Source: Trichodelitschia bisporula
Taxonomy: Eukaryota
NCBI GenBank assembly: GCA_010356995.1
Contig: ML996691.1
Location: 1,060,174-1,124,173, forward strand
Reading direction: 5' to 3'
DNA length: 64,000 nucleotides
The notes below the pieces were generated by a model. That model was not told the origin of the DNA. It worked only from the letters and a program-made list of their open reading frames with translations, and did no database searches. The translations under genes were made by a program, and so were the position numbers. Positions 1-12,671 of this stretch are shown here, piece after piece. Within the stretch, counting starts at the first letter, position 1. Every line of letters begins with the position of its first letter.

Positions 1-255
1 GGAGTTTTGGAAGGAGGACCAGGACCGCAAGACCAAAGAGGTATGTTATTACTCTATCCGGCAGATTTGTACTAACCGGTTCAGAATATCGCGAAGGCCC
101 AGAAGGAGATTGATCGCCTCGAGTCTGAGGAAGCCGGCGCGAATGGCAACAAGGAGGCGGCGGCTACGAACGGTGCTGCTGCTGCGGACAAGAAGGACGA
201 GGCTACCGAGGTTGCGGAGAAGGTCGAGGAGGTCACCCTCGAAGATAAGGAGTAA
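1..255 (+). CDS. 3' end of a gene running in from the left edge; C-terminus resembles the fungal Bfr1-like nuclear segregation protein
   Basis: Exon 2-40 reads EFWKEDQDRKTKE. Intron 41-84 has GTATGT...CTAAC...CAG. Exon 85-255 reads NIAKAQKEIDRLESEE...EDKE-TAA, in frame. The family call is from recall of the FWK.DQDRKTKENI.KAQKEIDRLE motif. Confidence 0.6.
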
Positions 256-698
256 CCCGCTACCGTGTCTGGTTTCTCATTTCCTGTTTCTCTTAAGATA
301 ACCCTTGGGGCATTGCGAGCTTGTCCCGTTCTATCCTGTATTTCTCTTAGAGTTAACCTCAAAAGCTAAACGAAATAATGCGAGGATCTGTGAGATATAT
401 CTGCCCTTGAGGGCATTGTGTTCTGGTTTTCTGGCCGCTTTTCATGGGAACTGTACTCTACAACGGTTACCACAAGTCGCAGCATTTCCTTTACTGGACG
501 AAGTCCGGTGCGCGAGCACCGCCTCCACAATTGAATAGCCGCTCATGCGCGGTTCATGATCTCATGGCATACATAAAAGAAAACGAGTGAGTGTGAAGCC
601 ACCACAAAAGACGAAAGACAAATCCCCCGAGCTCCTGATCCCATGCACATGCAAAATCTACATCTCAGTCCCTGGCACCGCGCCGAACGGTCTGGCCT

Positions 699-1241
699 TT
701 ACCAGCGACCGCCGCCCACATTCCCCCCGTTCCCATTCGCAGCATCGAACTCCTTGATTGCGGCGTCCCACTCGCGCCGGTGCGTCTGCTGCACCATGTC
801 CACGCCGCCGACGTAGAGTAGCGGGTGCTGGCGGCCGGGGGCGAGAGTGTAGCTATCGTTCCCCATCAGCCCAAGTCCCAAGTCCAAGCAAGCTTCCACG
901 GGGGGGTGAGGGGGTGAGGGGTTCGCTTACCAGACTTTGGTGCTGTCACACGCAGCATCAAGGATCTCCCCGCCCGCACGCTGGATCAGGTCCCGCACCT
1001 CGGCCAAGGCGCCCGGCAGGCGCGACGACGGGGTCCCGGCCAGGCTAACGCTGGTGTACTCCTTAAGGTTGTAGTGCGCGTAGACGTCGATGTCGCGGCT
1101 GGCGGAGGTGGTGCGGGAGGGGCTGCGACGCTCGCTCCCGGTGCTGGAGATGGAGCTGCGGCTGGTGCTGCTGCGGGGAGGGGAGGGGCGGTGGGTGGGG
1201 GAGGAGTGGGTGGGGATGTAGCTGAAGGGTTCGGTGTACAT
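699..1241 (-). CDS. Small hypothetical protein with two exons; Ser/Pro-rich N-terminus followed by a compact alpha/beta segment
   Basis: Intron 930-853 (GTAAGC...CTGAT...TAG) joins ORF 927..1241 in frame to ORF 699..899, giving ...DSTKVC-YTLAPGRQHPLLY...GGRW*. Confidence 0.6.
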
Positions 1242-2040
1242 GGTGACGGTGCTGGGGGGAGGGGACTTGGGAAGGAAGGGTGTTGCTGGGTTGGAAATGG
1301 AGTCGGGGTGAGGCAGTTGGATGCTGAGGCTGGATGGTGAGTTCTCGGGTCTCGTTGACAGTCTTATATATCCATCTCACGCCGGCTATGCCGAGCGCCG
1401 TTGTGGAGTCGTGCGACGCGCAACGTCCTTGCGCTGGAGTCAGTCATGGTGTTGTTATGGGAGGCGAGCAATGAGAGCGGGCCACGCCGTGCTGGCGCGA
1501 GGGCGATGCCAGCTCCATTGAGTATGTGTTGGTGCCCTGGTGGGTCCGTGAAGCTCCCAATCCCCAGCATCGGAGGTATACAATACACGCTGTAGGAGTA
1601 GCAAAAGACTACCTGAATACATGCATTAGTTGGACGCGCGCCTAAGCAGTAAAAGTGAGGCAACTCGGATAGCAAGTGACAAGTGACAAAGCAGGGTATC
1701 AATCAGCCGCCCCACCATGAGGAGGAAAAGACAGTAAAAGCATCGCAAAATGAACCAAGCATTAATCCCGCGCCTATTCATTCGGTCGCCTCATCCATCG
1801 GTCTCTCCACCTTTCGCGCCCTGAGTGATGGAATACTAGACCGTTATTTTGGACACGCACGTCGTCTCGTGGCGCCAGCGAACGTGTGAGCTGTAGACCC
1901 TCCATTAGCCAATCATCCGAAACCGCCTCGAAGCCGGAACACCGCCACACCTATGGGCCCAAACGGCCTGCATCTCGGGCTCCAACGGGCTTCCATTCTC
2001 CATCTCTTCCACACCTGAGCATTTCAAAGCCGCCTCAAAC

Positions 2041-3248
2041 TTAGATGTTCTCAATCACGTGTGCGTTGATGGCACTCTGGAACCCCTGGTTGCCCTGCCC
2101 GTACTCGTGCTCCGCGCTGCTCGACGTGCCAAACGGATTTGAGCTGCTGCCTTGTCCGCCCGAGCCCTGGTGGGGCACGTGCGCGAGTTGCTCCTGCACA
2201 GTCTGGTTCTGGGCCGGCAGGAAGATGACCTTGGAGTTGGCCGACTTGGCCATTTGCTGCATCGCCTCAAGGTAGCTACCAGAATGTTAGCCTCATGACA
2301 AAGGTAATGAGCAAGCTGGAGCTAGGGGATTACTCACCGAATCTGCATCGCGGGCGCGCTGCTGAGGATATCAGCCGCCTGGCGCATAAGCTTCGCGCTC
2401 TCGACCTCGGCGCGGGCCGCAATGACCTTCGCCTCGCCGGTACGCTTGCTCTGTGCCGCCATAGACAAGCTCTCCTGCAGCTCCTGCGAGAAGATGATGT
2501 CCTTGATAAGCATGCTCTCGACGTCCACACCCCACCTCGACGCCACATCCTCGACAATGGCGCGAATATCTTGCGCCACCTCCTCGCGCCGCTCGATCAC
2601 GTCCTGCAGGATGCGCGCGCCGATGACATGGCGCAGCGTCGTTTGAGTGCGCTCGATGAGCGCCTGGCGGATGTCGCTGATGCCGAAGGCGGCCTTGTGC
2701 GGCGATGTGATGCGGTAGTAGATGACGGAGGTGAGGTAGAGTGAGACGTTATCCTTGGTCATGCAGACCTGCTTGGGGACCTCTGCACATGGATATCAGC
2801 TCCCATTCTCAAAAACTCCACAGCTCCTAGACTTACCAACGATCTGGATCTTGACATCGACGTAGATCAGTTTCTCCGACAGTGGGTTGACCTTAACGAG
2901 ACCGGGGTCCACGGCGCGCGCAAACCGCCCAAACTTCGTCACCAGCCCGACCTTGCCCTGGTCGACCGGGCGATACGGGTTCGGGCACACGATGCAGCAC
3001 GGGATGGCGCCGAGCGTGCCAATCACGCTCCCGAGCCCTTCGATCATGCCTCCGTACCAGCCATGCGCGGGGTCATCTTCGGTATCCGGCTTGAGAACTT
3101 GCGCGTACGATGGCTGCAGATCCTCGCGACGTGGCGGCTGGACCTTGACCAGCGGGCCATCGCCGCCGATGCTGGGGATGGTGTTGGAAGCAGAAGCGTG
3201 GCTCTCGCCGTTCAGCGGCGCCTTGCTGGTGGAGTGCGTGTCGGACAT
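2041..3248 (-). CDS. Stomatin / band-7 (SPFH) family protein
   Basis: Three exons, with introns 2836-2783 and 2337-2276. Motifs: VGLVTKFGRFARAVDPGL, EVPKQVCMTKDNVSL, TTLRHVIG, AEVESAKLMRQAADILSSAPAMQIRYLEAMQ. Confidence 0.95.
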
Positions 3249-5413
3249 CGTGTCGTCGTTGGTTTGGTGGATGGTGGGTGAAGGGGCGAGAAGGCTGCGC
3301 GTGGATGACAGCTTGGCTGATGGTGCGTGCGTGCGGGCGAGAGCTGTTGTTTATGAGGTGAGATATGGGCGGGGGTGATGGGTGAAGGCAGGTGGCGTCA
3401 CTCACGTTTCGCGTGGCGGATCGGGAATAAGGGGTAGATGGATGCGGGGGGGCTGTTTGATAATTTAGGAATTATCTCACCGGATGCCGGTGAATTGTCC
3501 GCGTGGGATGAAATCGGCAAGGTTGATGGTTAGGGTGGCGAAACGGAGATGGTTTCGTGAGAGGCGGAATGGGAGTGATCGCGACATGCAACGGGAATGA
3601 GCTTTAGCTTTTAAGCGATCGCGACTGAGTGGGCATGCAACTGTGTCACTGCGCCTGCTGCTGCGGGGAAAGCTACTGGGATACTGAACTGGGGGTAGCG
3701 TCCGATGCTAGTGCTTGGATGCTTGGAGACTTTGGAGTTGTGGAGGCGCGGCCGGGGGACGGTCGGCAGCGGATGTGAACGGCGCAGCGCGTTTAATGCG
3801 GCGTCCTCAGTCTGGGCAGGGCAGACAAGGCTGCAGACAGATCCGGCGGGTGCTAAACCGCGAAGAGTGGATGGTGATAGGCGAAGGGGGCTATGCTCGG
3901 CTTAAGTGCCGCTCTGGCGTGGGTACGAAGAGCGCATGGGATGCATCGCTGACGGCTCATCGACGAGCTGGGATCGAGAATGGACATCATCAATCATCAC
4001 TTGACTTGGGCAATCGAGCCGGCCGCACAACAGGGAGGGGTAAAATGCCTCGTCGCTCGTGTTGTTCCCATCCATCGACGGCATCCCTTCCAGAATGCGA
4101 GGAAGGGCTTCTGAAACTCATTTTTAGAAAGGCGAATTCCTCGTTGGCCGGCAGTGCCGTAGATTCCGGGCCTCCCAGATCATTTGATATCGGAAATCCT
4201 CCGACTGCTCCTGTTGTTTGCGGCTGATGGAAACGGCCCTTTTACGATGATCCTCTTGATATCTGCGCCACACCCGCCTCTTTCAGGTCCTCATGTGGCT
4301 TTGTACCACCCATATTTAGCAGTAACAGTTGGGTGGCCGAGTACGAGTGCCAAGCAGATGGATAAAGTAGCTCAGTGTGTTGAAAGAGGGGCTCATATCG
4401 TGAGGTGTGATGGCATTCTGGACTTTAGATAAAGTCGAAGTGAGGGGGTGATGGAAGTAAGCCTTGCCGGCGCCTCGTGCCCACATCGCCTGCCGCCGAG
4501 AAAAGGCTAGCATTCTTGGCCTGGCATGTCGACAATGTTGGACTTCAAACGTGCCTTGGCTGCGAGGAGACTGAAATGCATGCGCATACTCGTATTGTGA
4601 TCGCCAGAAGAGCATTTCACCCCATGCACTCGTTGCCATACGGTACCGTACTATGGCCAGAATAGCCAATGCACTTGACCCCGAAATAGCCTCCTGAGAT
4701 CATACCACATCAGGACCTTCCGACACGTGGTTGGGACGGCGGACAGTCACCCATTTGAACTCTCTGAATTTCATCCATGTTCCAGCAAGTCACCTTCGAC
4801 CCGAGTTTAAACTGGACTTCGGTGTCTCTCTCCTGCTCTCCTTCCCTGCGAACTTCGCTCTTGTATCATCATTGCTAACTTGAAGACTCCAGTGGAACGG
4901 CTTCCGCTCCTTGATCGTCTGGACCGCGATACTATCAATACACATAATCATCTGCTGCATGTTTTGAGCGCCTTTTCTCCATCTGGTGCTTGAGGTAGTG
5001 CTGCATCATCCCGCTATCCGTGATGTTGGCATCAGTAATTGAAGAGAAATGCCCGGCCTCGACGATACAACACCGACCTGGATCGCGACACCACTCCACT
5101 TCTCTCAATTGCCGATGTACTTGACCTGCCCTTGATCTTGCCCCAGAAACTGGATGTATTTGTCTGGATTTTGTGGTAGTTGATGTGGAAATGGGGCCGG
5201 AGGATTCATCTCCCAATGAAGCCAGCAGACATTGGCGGCAAGAACGACCAGGTCTGCTCCATAGACGACTTCTCCCGGTACACGGCCATCGCAACATCCA
5301 CCGCAACGTCTACCGCAACTTCTACAAGTTTACCATTTCCCTCCCTAAGCACTTTCTACAGTCCAGCACATCTAGAAGTAGCCATTCATTGACCGGTATA
5401 TTGCAGTTAGACC

Positions 5414-5594
5414 CCACGCTGCTCGTCCAGCAAGTCCGCCACTGCTCCTCCAGCAAGTCCACCACTCTGCTCTTCCAGCAAGCCCACCACTCTGCTCTTC
5501 CAGCAAGTCCACCACACTGCTCCTCCAGCAAGTCCGCCACACTGCTCTTCCAGCAAGTTCACCACACTGCTCCTCCAGCAAGTCCACCATACTG
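5414..5594. repeat. 25-bp minisatellite, about 7 copies (consensus TCCAGCAAGTCCACCACWCTGCTCY)
   Basis: Seven consecutive TCCAGCAAG-anchored units start at 5426. The first unit is 23 bp and the others are about 25 bp. Confidence 0.9.
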
Positions 5595-5704
5595 TACCTG
5601 CTGTGCAACGCAGCACACGCACGACGAAACACACCGCATACCAGACTACTTCTTCACTTCAAGACCCCATTGGACATAAAATCTTCTTTACGTCATTCAG
5701 CATC

Positions 5705-6569
5705 ATGCATCTTGCCGCCCTCCTTATCCCTCTCATCCTCTCCACTCCCACCATCGCAAACACATGCACGCCCTGCGACCCTCCTGGCATCAAATCCATC
5801 ACGCCGCCTTCTCTCTCCGACCCCACCATCGTTGACTTCTATGCCAATCTTCTCCACTCAGTCAGCGGGGTCCATTTCGAACGCTCCATCTCCTCCGATC
5901 CCAATCGTGACGACGCGCATGCTCCCATATGCTGTTCGTGCCCCCTCTGAACATGAACAAGCTGACCCTCTAGGCGAACCTACAGCCCTCTGTCTGCTAC
6001 TCAGCGGCTTCGGCGTACCCTTCTGCTATGTACGCGAACCCCCAGCACAAAAAAGCCCCACCTAACCCCTCAAGGACAAATTCACAACCTCCTTCCTTCT
6101 CCCCGACGCCAGCTACGGCACACTGCATAACGGGTCTTACATCCTGCCCTCGGGAGCACATGTCAACCTCTTCAACGGCAGCGTGACGCAACCGCAGAAC
6201 GGGCAGAGCGCGCAGAAGGGTGGACAGGAGAATATTTACGCAGATCATCCGCTCGCGAGGCCGAACACGACTATGCTAACCCCCCCTCCGCAGTGGACAG
6301 CTACGGGCATTGGAAAAGCCTTGCCTGCTACCGGATTGGGGAGCGTGAGTGCTACCGTCTCTAGTTCCGGTGCGAAGACGACGGGCGAGGGCTTGGTTGC
6401 TACTGAGTCGACGGCAAAACACACAGGGCGGCCTACTGCGGACGCGGCGAAACAGACGGTAGTAGCGGATGCGATGGCTAAGAGCGGGGCGGCTGGACGA
6501 GCGAGCGTCCACACTGGAGCTGTGGGTATTGCATGTGTATTTGTATTACTGGGAGTCGTGATGGTGTAA
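5705..6569 (+). CDS. Secreted Cys-containing protein, probably GPI-anchored cell-surface protein
   Basis: Signal peptide MHLAALLIPLILSTPTIA. Introns 5934-5973 and 6030-6074 give ...PICCEPTALCLLLSGFGVPFCYDKFTTSF.... A Ser/Thr/Ala-rich tail ends in a hydrophobic C-terminus (SGAAGR...AVGIACVFVLLGVVMV). Confidence 0.8.
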
Positions 6570-6891
6570 TGCGTGCCGGCGAGACGAGGCGAATAGATGG
6601 GGGGTGGCGGTATGGACATTGTGGGACTCAGAGTACGAGGATGGCATTTTGTGGGTTCGATATCATATCGTTTGCATGGTCTATATTTGCTTTATGGTGG
6701 GCGGCGCTTTGCGTGTGCTCAATGGGTAGATGTTAATGAAGGGATACGAGTACTTGCAGAGACTGCCATGCGTAAAGATTATGCAGATGAATTAAGTACA
6801 ATAAGCGAAGATACCGGACGACATCGCTGTTGAGTCATTGCTCTATCTGAAGTATACATGAAGCACAAGCATCGTTCATCAATCATTAGTC

Positions 6892-8522
6892 TTAGTTCTT
6901 CTGGTGCCCGAGTCCATCCCTCAGCAGATCCTCTTTTTGCACCACCTTCAGAGGTAGCGAGCTTCCAATGCCGAAGAGCACAAAAAGTGCCCATTTCCAG
7001 CGGAAAGGGTTTATAGTCAATGTAAACGCGAACCACCACATAAGCTCAGCGTAGGTGAAAAAGTCGAATGCTCCCCTACAGGAACGGTCAGCTTTTCCAC
7101 AACGTCCAGTTAAGAGGCACATACGTCGGCGCCCGCGACTTGACCCACTGCGTCATCTTAATCCACCGCTTCATCCAACGCTCCCTCGGCTTTGCCAGCG
7201 GGTCGACCAGCGTCATAAGCAAGAAGCGCGTATATATACCAATATGATAGTTTCCAACCGTGCCAATAGCATTGACATAAGTGCAATTATTCGCACATAT
7301 TTCCGGGTGCTTCGGCGGAAACACCTGGATGTACCAGTTTGGAGGGCTGTACTCGTCTTCGAAGCAGTCGTCGGGAAGGAAGGAGAGCGATGGCCGCTGG
7401 TAGCCTGTTGCCATGATCACAATGTCTGCGTCCACGACAGTTTCCTTGCCCGGTCCGCCCTCTGGCACGCCCTGCCCTCGCTTCGTGAAGCGGATCCCAC
7501 GCTCCTCGAAGGATACGATGTCGCCACGCAACCAGGACGCTTTGTCCGCGCGGATCAGCTGCAGCACGTCGTCGTTGACCATGGGCGTCTCGGTGAAGAT
7601 CCCGCCCGCACCATGCGGGGGTGCGAGGTCGGACAAGTCACGGTAGAAGAAGATGCGGAGCAGATTCTCAGGGATGAAGGAAAGGAATGTTTCGGAGCCG
7701 AAGATATTCAGCGAGAGAAGCACGTCGACCAGCGGCGTGCGCGGGATGATCCACTTCTCCGACCGCGCTAGGATATTTGTATGGGCTGCCCCCTCGCTGG
7801 CGACGAACTCGAGGGCTTCGACGGCGCTGGCTCCGCCGCCGATCACGGCTACTTTTTTCCCCTCTACTTTCACACCGTCCAGTTGCGAGGAGTGGTGAAT
7901 CTGGCCCTTGAACTTATCCATGCCGGGGATATGGGGCATCTTCGGGTCGCCGCAGGTGCCAATGGCTGCGATGACACCGTCGAAACGCCCGTTGGCGGGA
8001 TCGTTGATGATCCATCGTCCCCTGGAGTCTTGGTATACTTTGGTGACTTTTGTATCGAACTTCGTGCGGCGCTCGAGACCGTATTTCTTCCATAGCTCCG
8101 TGATTTGGCTGACGATTTGCTGGCGGTCGGGGTAGCCCTTTTTCCACTGGACGGAGGGGAAGAAGCGGTACATGAGGCTGTGGATCTGGAGACCGGACGT
8201 GCTGTTTACTCGCTGTTTTGTTTTTGTTAGCTTTCGAGATTGTGCTTGTTCGATCGCCAAACCGTACACTCCAGATGCCGCCCAGATTTTTGAGACTCCC
8301 AGCTTCGAAGATGGTAGCCTCGAAGCCATGGCCAACGCAGTGAGCTGCAGCAGATACACCTGTCAGACCTGCACCGATTACAGCGATTTTAGGCCGGCTG
8401 AGTGTGGCATGTGGTGGAGGGGGCGTCGGAGACAGAAGCTTGTCCAAAAACCACTGCATGGCTTGATAGACAAAGAACAAGACATTCTGAATCAATTCCC
8501 GCACACGGTGGAAAAGCCCCAT
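6892..8522 (-). CDS. Flavin-containing monooxygenase-like (FMO family) protein
   Basis: FAD Rossmann motif IAVIGAGLTG, FMO fingerprint FKGQIHHSSQL, NADPH motif VAVIGGGASA and ATGY. Introns 8267-8213 and 7124-7076 restore the frame to the C-terminal GAFDFFTYAELMWW...QKN*. Confidence 0.93.
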
Positions 8523-8844
8523 GGCGAATTGACTACGAGAGGAGCTACAGGGAGGAAAATAAAGAGAATTATAGCGTCCGCGAAGCTATTAAATCTTCGT
8601 GATAGAGCCACATCCGGCAAGACGTCCGTACGAATGACATCACCGACAGGGTCTACCTGCGTATTATTGATACTCGTCCGAGACAAGGGGTGGGGAGGTT
8701 GAGAAGGAAGGAACGCGTTTGCCTGTTACACATTCCAAGCTGCAAACGGATGCAACTGACATTTTAGAATGTGTACATCAGACAAAATGACCGCAGCATC
8801 ATCTCTAGAGATTCGGACGGCGATTGAGGGGAAAAGTCGAAAAG

Positions 8845-11512
8845 ATGGGAGAGTCAATGGACTGGACAAACTCGCGGGGAAGAGCTGGACGCCGCGTCGC
8901 CCCAAGCGGCCCGCGCGGTGGCCGGGGCCGGGGTCACTCCAGACGACACTCGCCCGGCCCGTCGTTCGATACGCATCAACACAAGACACGCGGACGGGAT
9001 AACGTCCGCTCTAGAGGCAGATCGGACGGCGGCGCTGGATGGGCTGACGACTGCAACACTTATCCCCGACATCCGCGTGGCAGGGCGCGTCCGACGCAAC
9101 ACCCCGGCCGAGGCGACACGAAGACGAGAGGAAAGAAAGCGAGCCACGGGCCGGACGATCTTGTGAAGTTTAGTGGCTCCTACGGGGCGGACGATCCCAA
9201 GGACTTTAGTGAGCTCCATGAACGACCACATGAACGCGGCCGGTCACTTTTGCGCATAACGCTTGGGTCAACGGAGAGTAACAAGGCTCGCGCACACAGT
9301 GAAGACGTACTGGGCTCACCGCGTCTACCTACTCAAGATATCTTACACCCCTGGGGTGGCACTGGAAAAAGATCCCCTTCCGCACCGGCACGGGTTAATA
9401 TTCCGCGGTGCACAGCTACCCTTCTTGCCTCAGGATTTGCCGACATCGCACTCGACGCCGATTTTCTCGTCCGTTATTGGCTCACTACCATTAATGTTCA
9501 GACGAAGCCGCTGTTGACTGATGAGCAGCTCTTTAAACTGTTCCAGCAGGCGAGAAAAGAGGTGGATTTGTTCGGTGTCAAACTCACCGCCAAGGACATT
9601 GTATCCATCGCGTCCAGGGACACGCTGCCAGCTCTCATAGCCCGCGCCAAAGCCGAAAAGCGCGTCCAAGACCTCCAGGGCAGAGTATCGAAGGAGCCAA
9701 GAAATCCATTTTTCCCCGGTCTGCAGCATACTTTCGCTCAAGATCCAAACCCCCCCTCCATATTTATTCAACCCTCAACGCCATTACCTCCTGATCCCAT
9801 TGAAATTGACCAGATTTCACCACAAGACTACGACGAAATGGACAGCCTTTTCGTCAGCGCCAACGAGCCCCTGGTTCGGCGCACCTTTGCCAGCACTCCG
9901 ACCGTGGACCGCTTTTTGAGGGAGCTGGCAGTCATCGTCAAGGCCCGTGATGGCGACCGGCTCAAGGGCTTCCTCGTCATCGAGCCTCCTTACCAGCAGT
10001 CCTACATCGACATGATCCGCGAGATTGCTGCGGCTTACCCGGCGAGCTCTAAGGAGAGCCAGGATAACCTCGAGATCAAGTGCGCTGAGTTCCTGACCGA
10101 CGCGCAAAACTCTGCGAGCGGCGAAGATAGTGGCCCATGGGGCGCGCTGTCGCCGATGATTGCGCAGTACCTGGTGTTGCTTCGCGATCTTGATCTGAAG
10201 GACCTCATCAAGGCCTACTATTTGCTTCAGGAGCTGATCCAGTGAGTGCTTCTTGACTATATATCACATGGTTTTAATTCAGGGAGGAAGTGCACCACCG
10301 CGCTCGGCCACTCGGTCATGGGGATCGTCATCCTACCAACTGTCATCGAGTACGCCAAAGTTCTTGCGCGCCTTGCCATCGGCCTCGACAAGAAACTCGA
10401 GATGAGTCTCAGGGGTGTTGATGTTCTGGCTCTGCCTGAAAAGGCGGCCGACTCCATTCGCGGGGCTTTCACCATCTGTTTGGCTGACAAGGGAACCTCG
10501 GCCAACGGAGTCCTCGATGGCGCTCCCGAGGGCAAGAAGATCGGCATCTACAAGCTGGCGAACTTGTGTCTGAAGATCTTGTTCCAGGTATGATTCCTCT
10601 GACTTTTTGATTCCTTACCTTACATTTTTAAAGTGCGGCAAGTACCCGCAAGCGGACCAAATTTTCGTCAACATCACGCAGAAGTCACCGCCGCTGTCCG
10701 CCTATCCCAAGTCGGAGCGTGTGGCATATCTCTACTACCTGGGGAAATTCAACTACGTCATGGGCCACTTCCCGCGTGCGCACCTTGTCCTGCAGGAGGC
10801 ATATGATCTCTGCCACTCTACCTTCCTGCGCCAGCGTCGGAAGATTCTGACCCTTCTCGTTGTCTCGAATATCGTCATCGGCCGTTTCCCTACCGACGCG
10901 ATCTACTCCCGTCCAGAGGCGCTGAACTTCAAGCCTGTGTTCGATCCCATCTGCAAGGCGATCAAGAAGGGCGACTTGGCTACCTTCCTGCAGCTCACTG
11001 ACTTCCTAAAAGGCCCGCACAGCGCGTGGCTCGCCTCCATCCGCGCACACCAACAGATCCGTTCCCACGGCACTGTTCTCGCGCAGCGCTCGCTCTCGCG
11101 GCGCATCTTCCTCCTCGCCGGCGATGAAGGCGACGGCATCTCAAAGCGCGCGCCAACACTCGAGCTTTCCGCCTTCCTAACCGCATACATCTTCTGCCTG
11201 CGCCTGGCCGGTACGCTGAACGAAACATACGTGGACGCCGACTTTGAGTCTGTGAGCGATGACGAGGGCTTGCCTTCTGGGCCGGATCTTGCCGAGATTG
11301 AGTGCATTGTTTCGGCACTCGTCAACCAGGGCTTGATTAGGGGATTCATGAGCCATGCCACTGGCCGCTTAGCGGTGCAAGGTGCGCGTGGCGGTCGCCG
11401 CGCTGTGGAAGCGGGCTGGCCGTCAGTTTACGAGGTCGTCATGACCAAGGCGGGCCGCAATCGTATTATTGGCTGGGTTCGCGAAGGCGAAGACGTAGGT
11501 TATCTAGAGTGA
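8845..11512 (+). CDS. PCI-domain protein of the Thp1/Csn12/PCID2 family. The conserved core starts near 9838; the start codon is uncertain (long open N-terminal extension)
   Basis: Motifs KKIGIYKLANLCLKILFQ, PPLSAYPKSERVAYLYYLGKF, AIKKGDL and ECIVSALVNQGLIRGFMSH (PCI winged helix). Introns 10242-10286 and 10588-10633. The frame is open from ATG 8845 to 10241. Confidence 0.85.
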
Positions 11513-11832
11513 AACTTTTCTTTATCACCGCGCTCTGCGCGTGGACTGATTTTTTGGCTAAAGGACACATCTCGTCTGCCCTTTTGGGCAGCTGCGTACA
11601 TAGAGCGCACCGCTACATAACCGGGCTGCTGAAGCGGCCTCTTTGGTATCTCTTTGTTAATGTACTACAGATTCACCCACTCTCATCCACAGGTGTTAAC
11701 AAAATCCAGACCCCTTCGTCGACTGTGGGACCTCTCGCTCCCGCTTGTGCCACGGACAGCCCCGTCGACTTCGCCGCTGCGATTTTTGGCGACGTTTGGT
11801 GGGACGTGCGGCGCCGAGGGCTTTTTTACCCG

Positions 11833-12027
11833 ATGTCGACATCAGGCGATGATGGAACTGGCGTGCGGGACCGGGTTAAGGGTGCTGTGAAGGCGGCGGA
11901 TGCTCAGGGCGGGCCGGCTACTAAAGCCAAGGACCAGGGCGACCGCATGGAGACCACGTACCCGCGGACGTCGGCCAAGAATCCCATGCACACCTTCTAT
12001 GACCCTGATGATAGCGATAGCGATTGA
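11833..12027 (+). CDS. Possible small hydrophilic protein (64 aa, MSTSGDDG...DPDDSDSD)
   Basis: ATG-initiated, with coding-like GC3-rich codons and followed by a G/T-rich 3'-UTR-like stretch. No family recognised. Confidence 0.3.
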   Translation: MSTSGDDGTGVRDRVKGAVKAADAQGGPATKAKDQGDRMETTYPRTSAKNPMHTFYDPDDSDSD

Positions 12028-12456
12028 GAAGGGCGAGGTGAAGGGGGAGAAAGAAGGAGTAGGACGATGTTGGTGGGTTTGCTGCTCTCTTATCTCCGTT
12101 CTGGGGAGGGTGCGGGAGTATGGGAATGATTAACTGGGCATGCTGTGGAATGTGGCTTCATGGACTATGTAACGACGCAATGCTGGGATCTTTGTTGAGC
12201 TCAGGTATTACGTCACGACATGGATGTGAATGGACATAGTCAGTAATGCAATGCTTATCTCGGTTGCTTTGATGATCAAATTTTCGTGCCAAGTAAATGC
12301 TAGAAAATGCGCTGGTTGAGCCGATGATGTCTCTACGGCGTGGAGGTCAGTGGCGCTAAACCGTGGGTTAGGTTCAGGGCATATCAGACTTGGCAGTCTT
12401 GGCTTCTCGGATGGAACCGTTTCATCGGCTGACATACTCCGAGACATGAACTCCTC

Positions 12457-12671
12457 TGATGGGAGCAAAGGCTCATTCCGTGCGAAGGCAACTGTAAAAC
12501 TGAAGATTGAAGTGAAGAAAAAGAGAGGAAGAGAGTCAGAGGCGCTCAGAAACATATACACGATGTCCTTCAGTGCTCCTTCCCGTAGGCATGAGCACGT
12601 TACGTCAAGGCCCTTCCTTAGATAAGTCCGCTCCTTCCTGGCATATCAATGCTCCTTCCATGTCTACATAA
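12457..12671 (-). mobile_element. Dispersed repeat copy 1 (solo-LTR-like)
   Basis: Aligns by eye with 60405-60605 in the same orientation (shared TGATGGGAGCAA, GGCAACTGTAAAACTGAAGA, AAGAGAGGAAGAGAGTC, CACGATGTCCT, CATGTCTACAT) and with 45686-45927 in the opposite orientation. Confidence 0.75.

Noticed and set aside
3705..5400. Possible degenerate gene between the stomatin gene and the minisatellite
   Set aside because: Only short interrupted frames; no recognisable motif.
5414..5594. CRISPR-like array
   Set aside because: The units are head-to-tail with no unique spacers, there are no cas genes, and the genome is eukaryotic. It is a minisatellite.
12208..12561. ORF with a signal-peptide-like start (MYMFLSASDSLPLFFFTSIFSF...)
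   Set aside because: The hydrophobic stretch is simply the CT-rich tract of the dispersed repeat read in frame.
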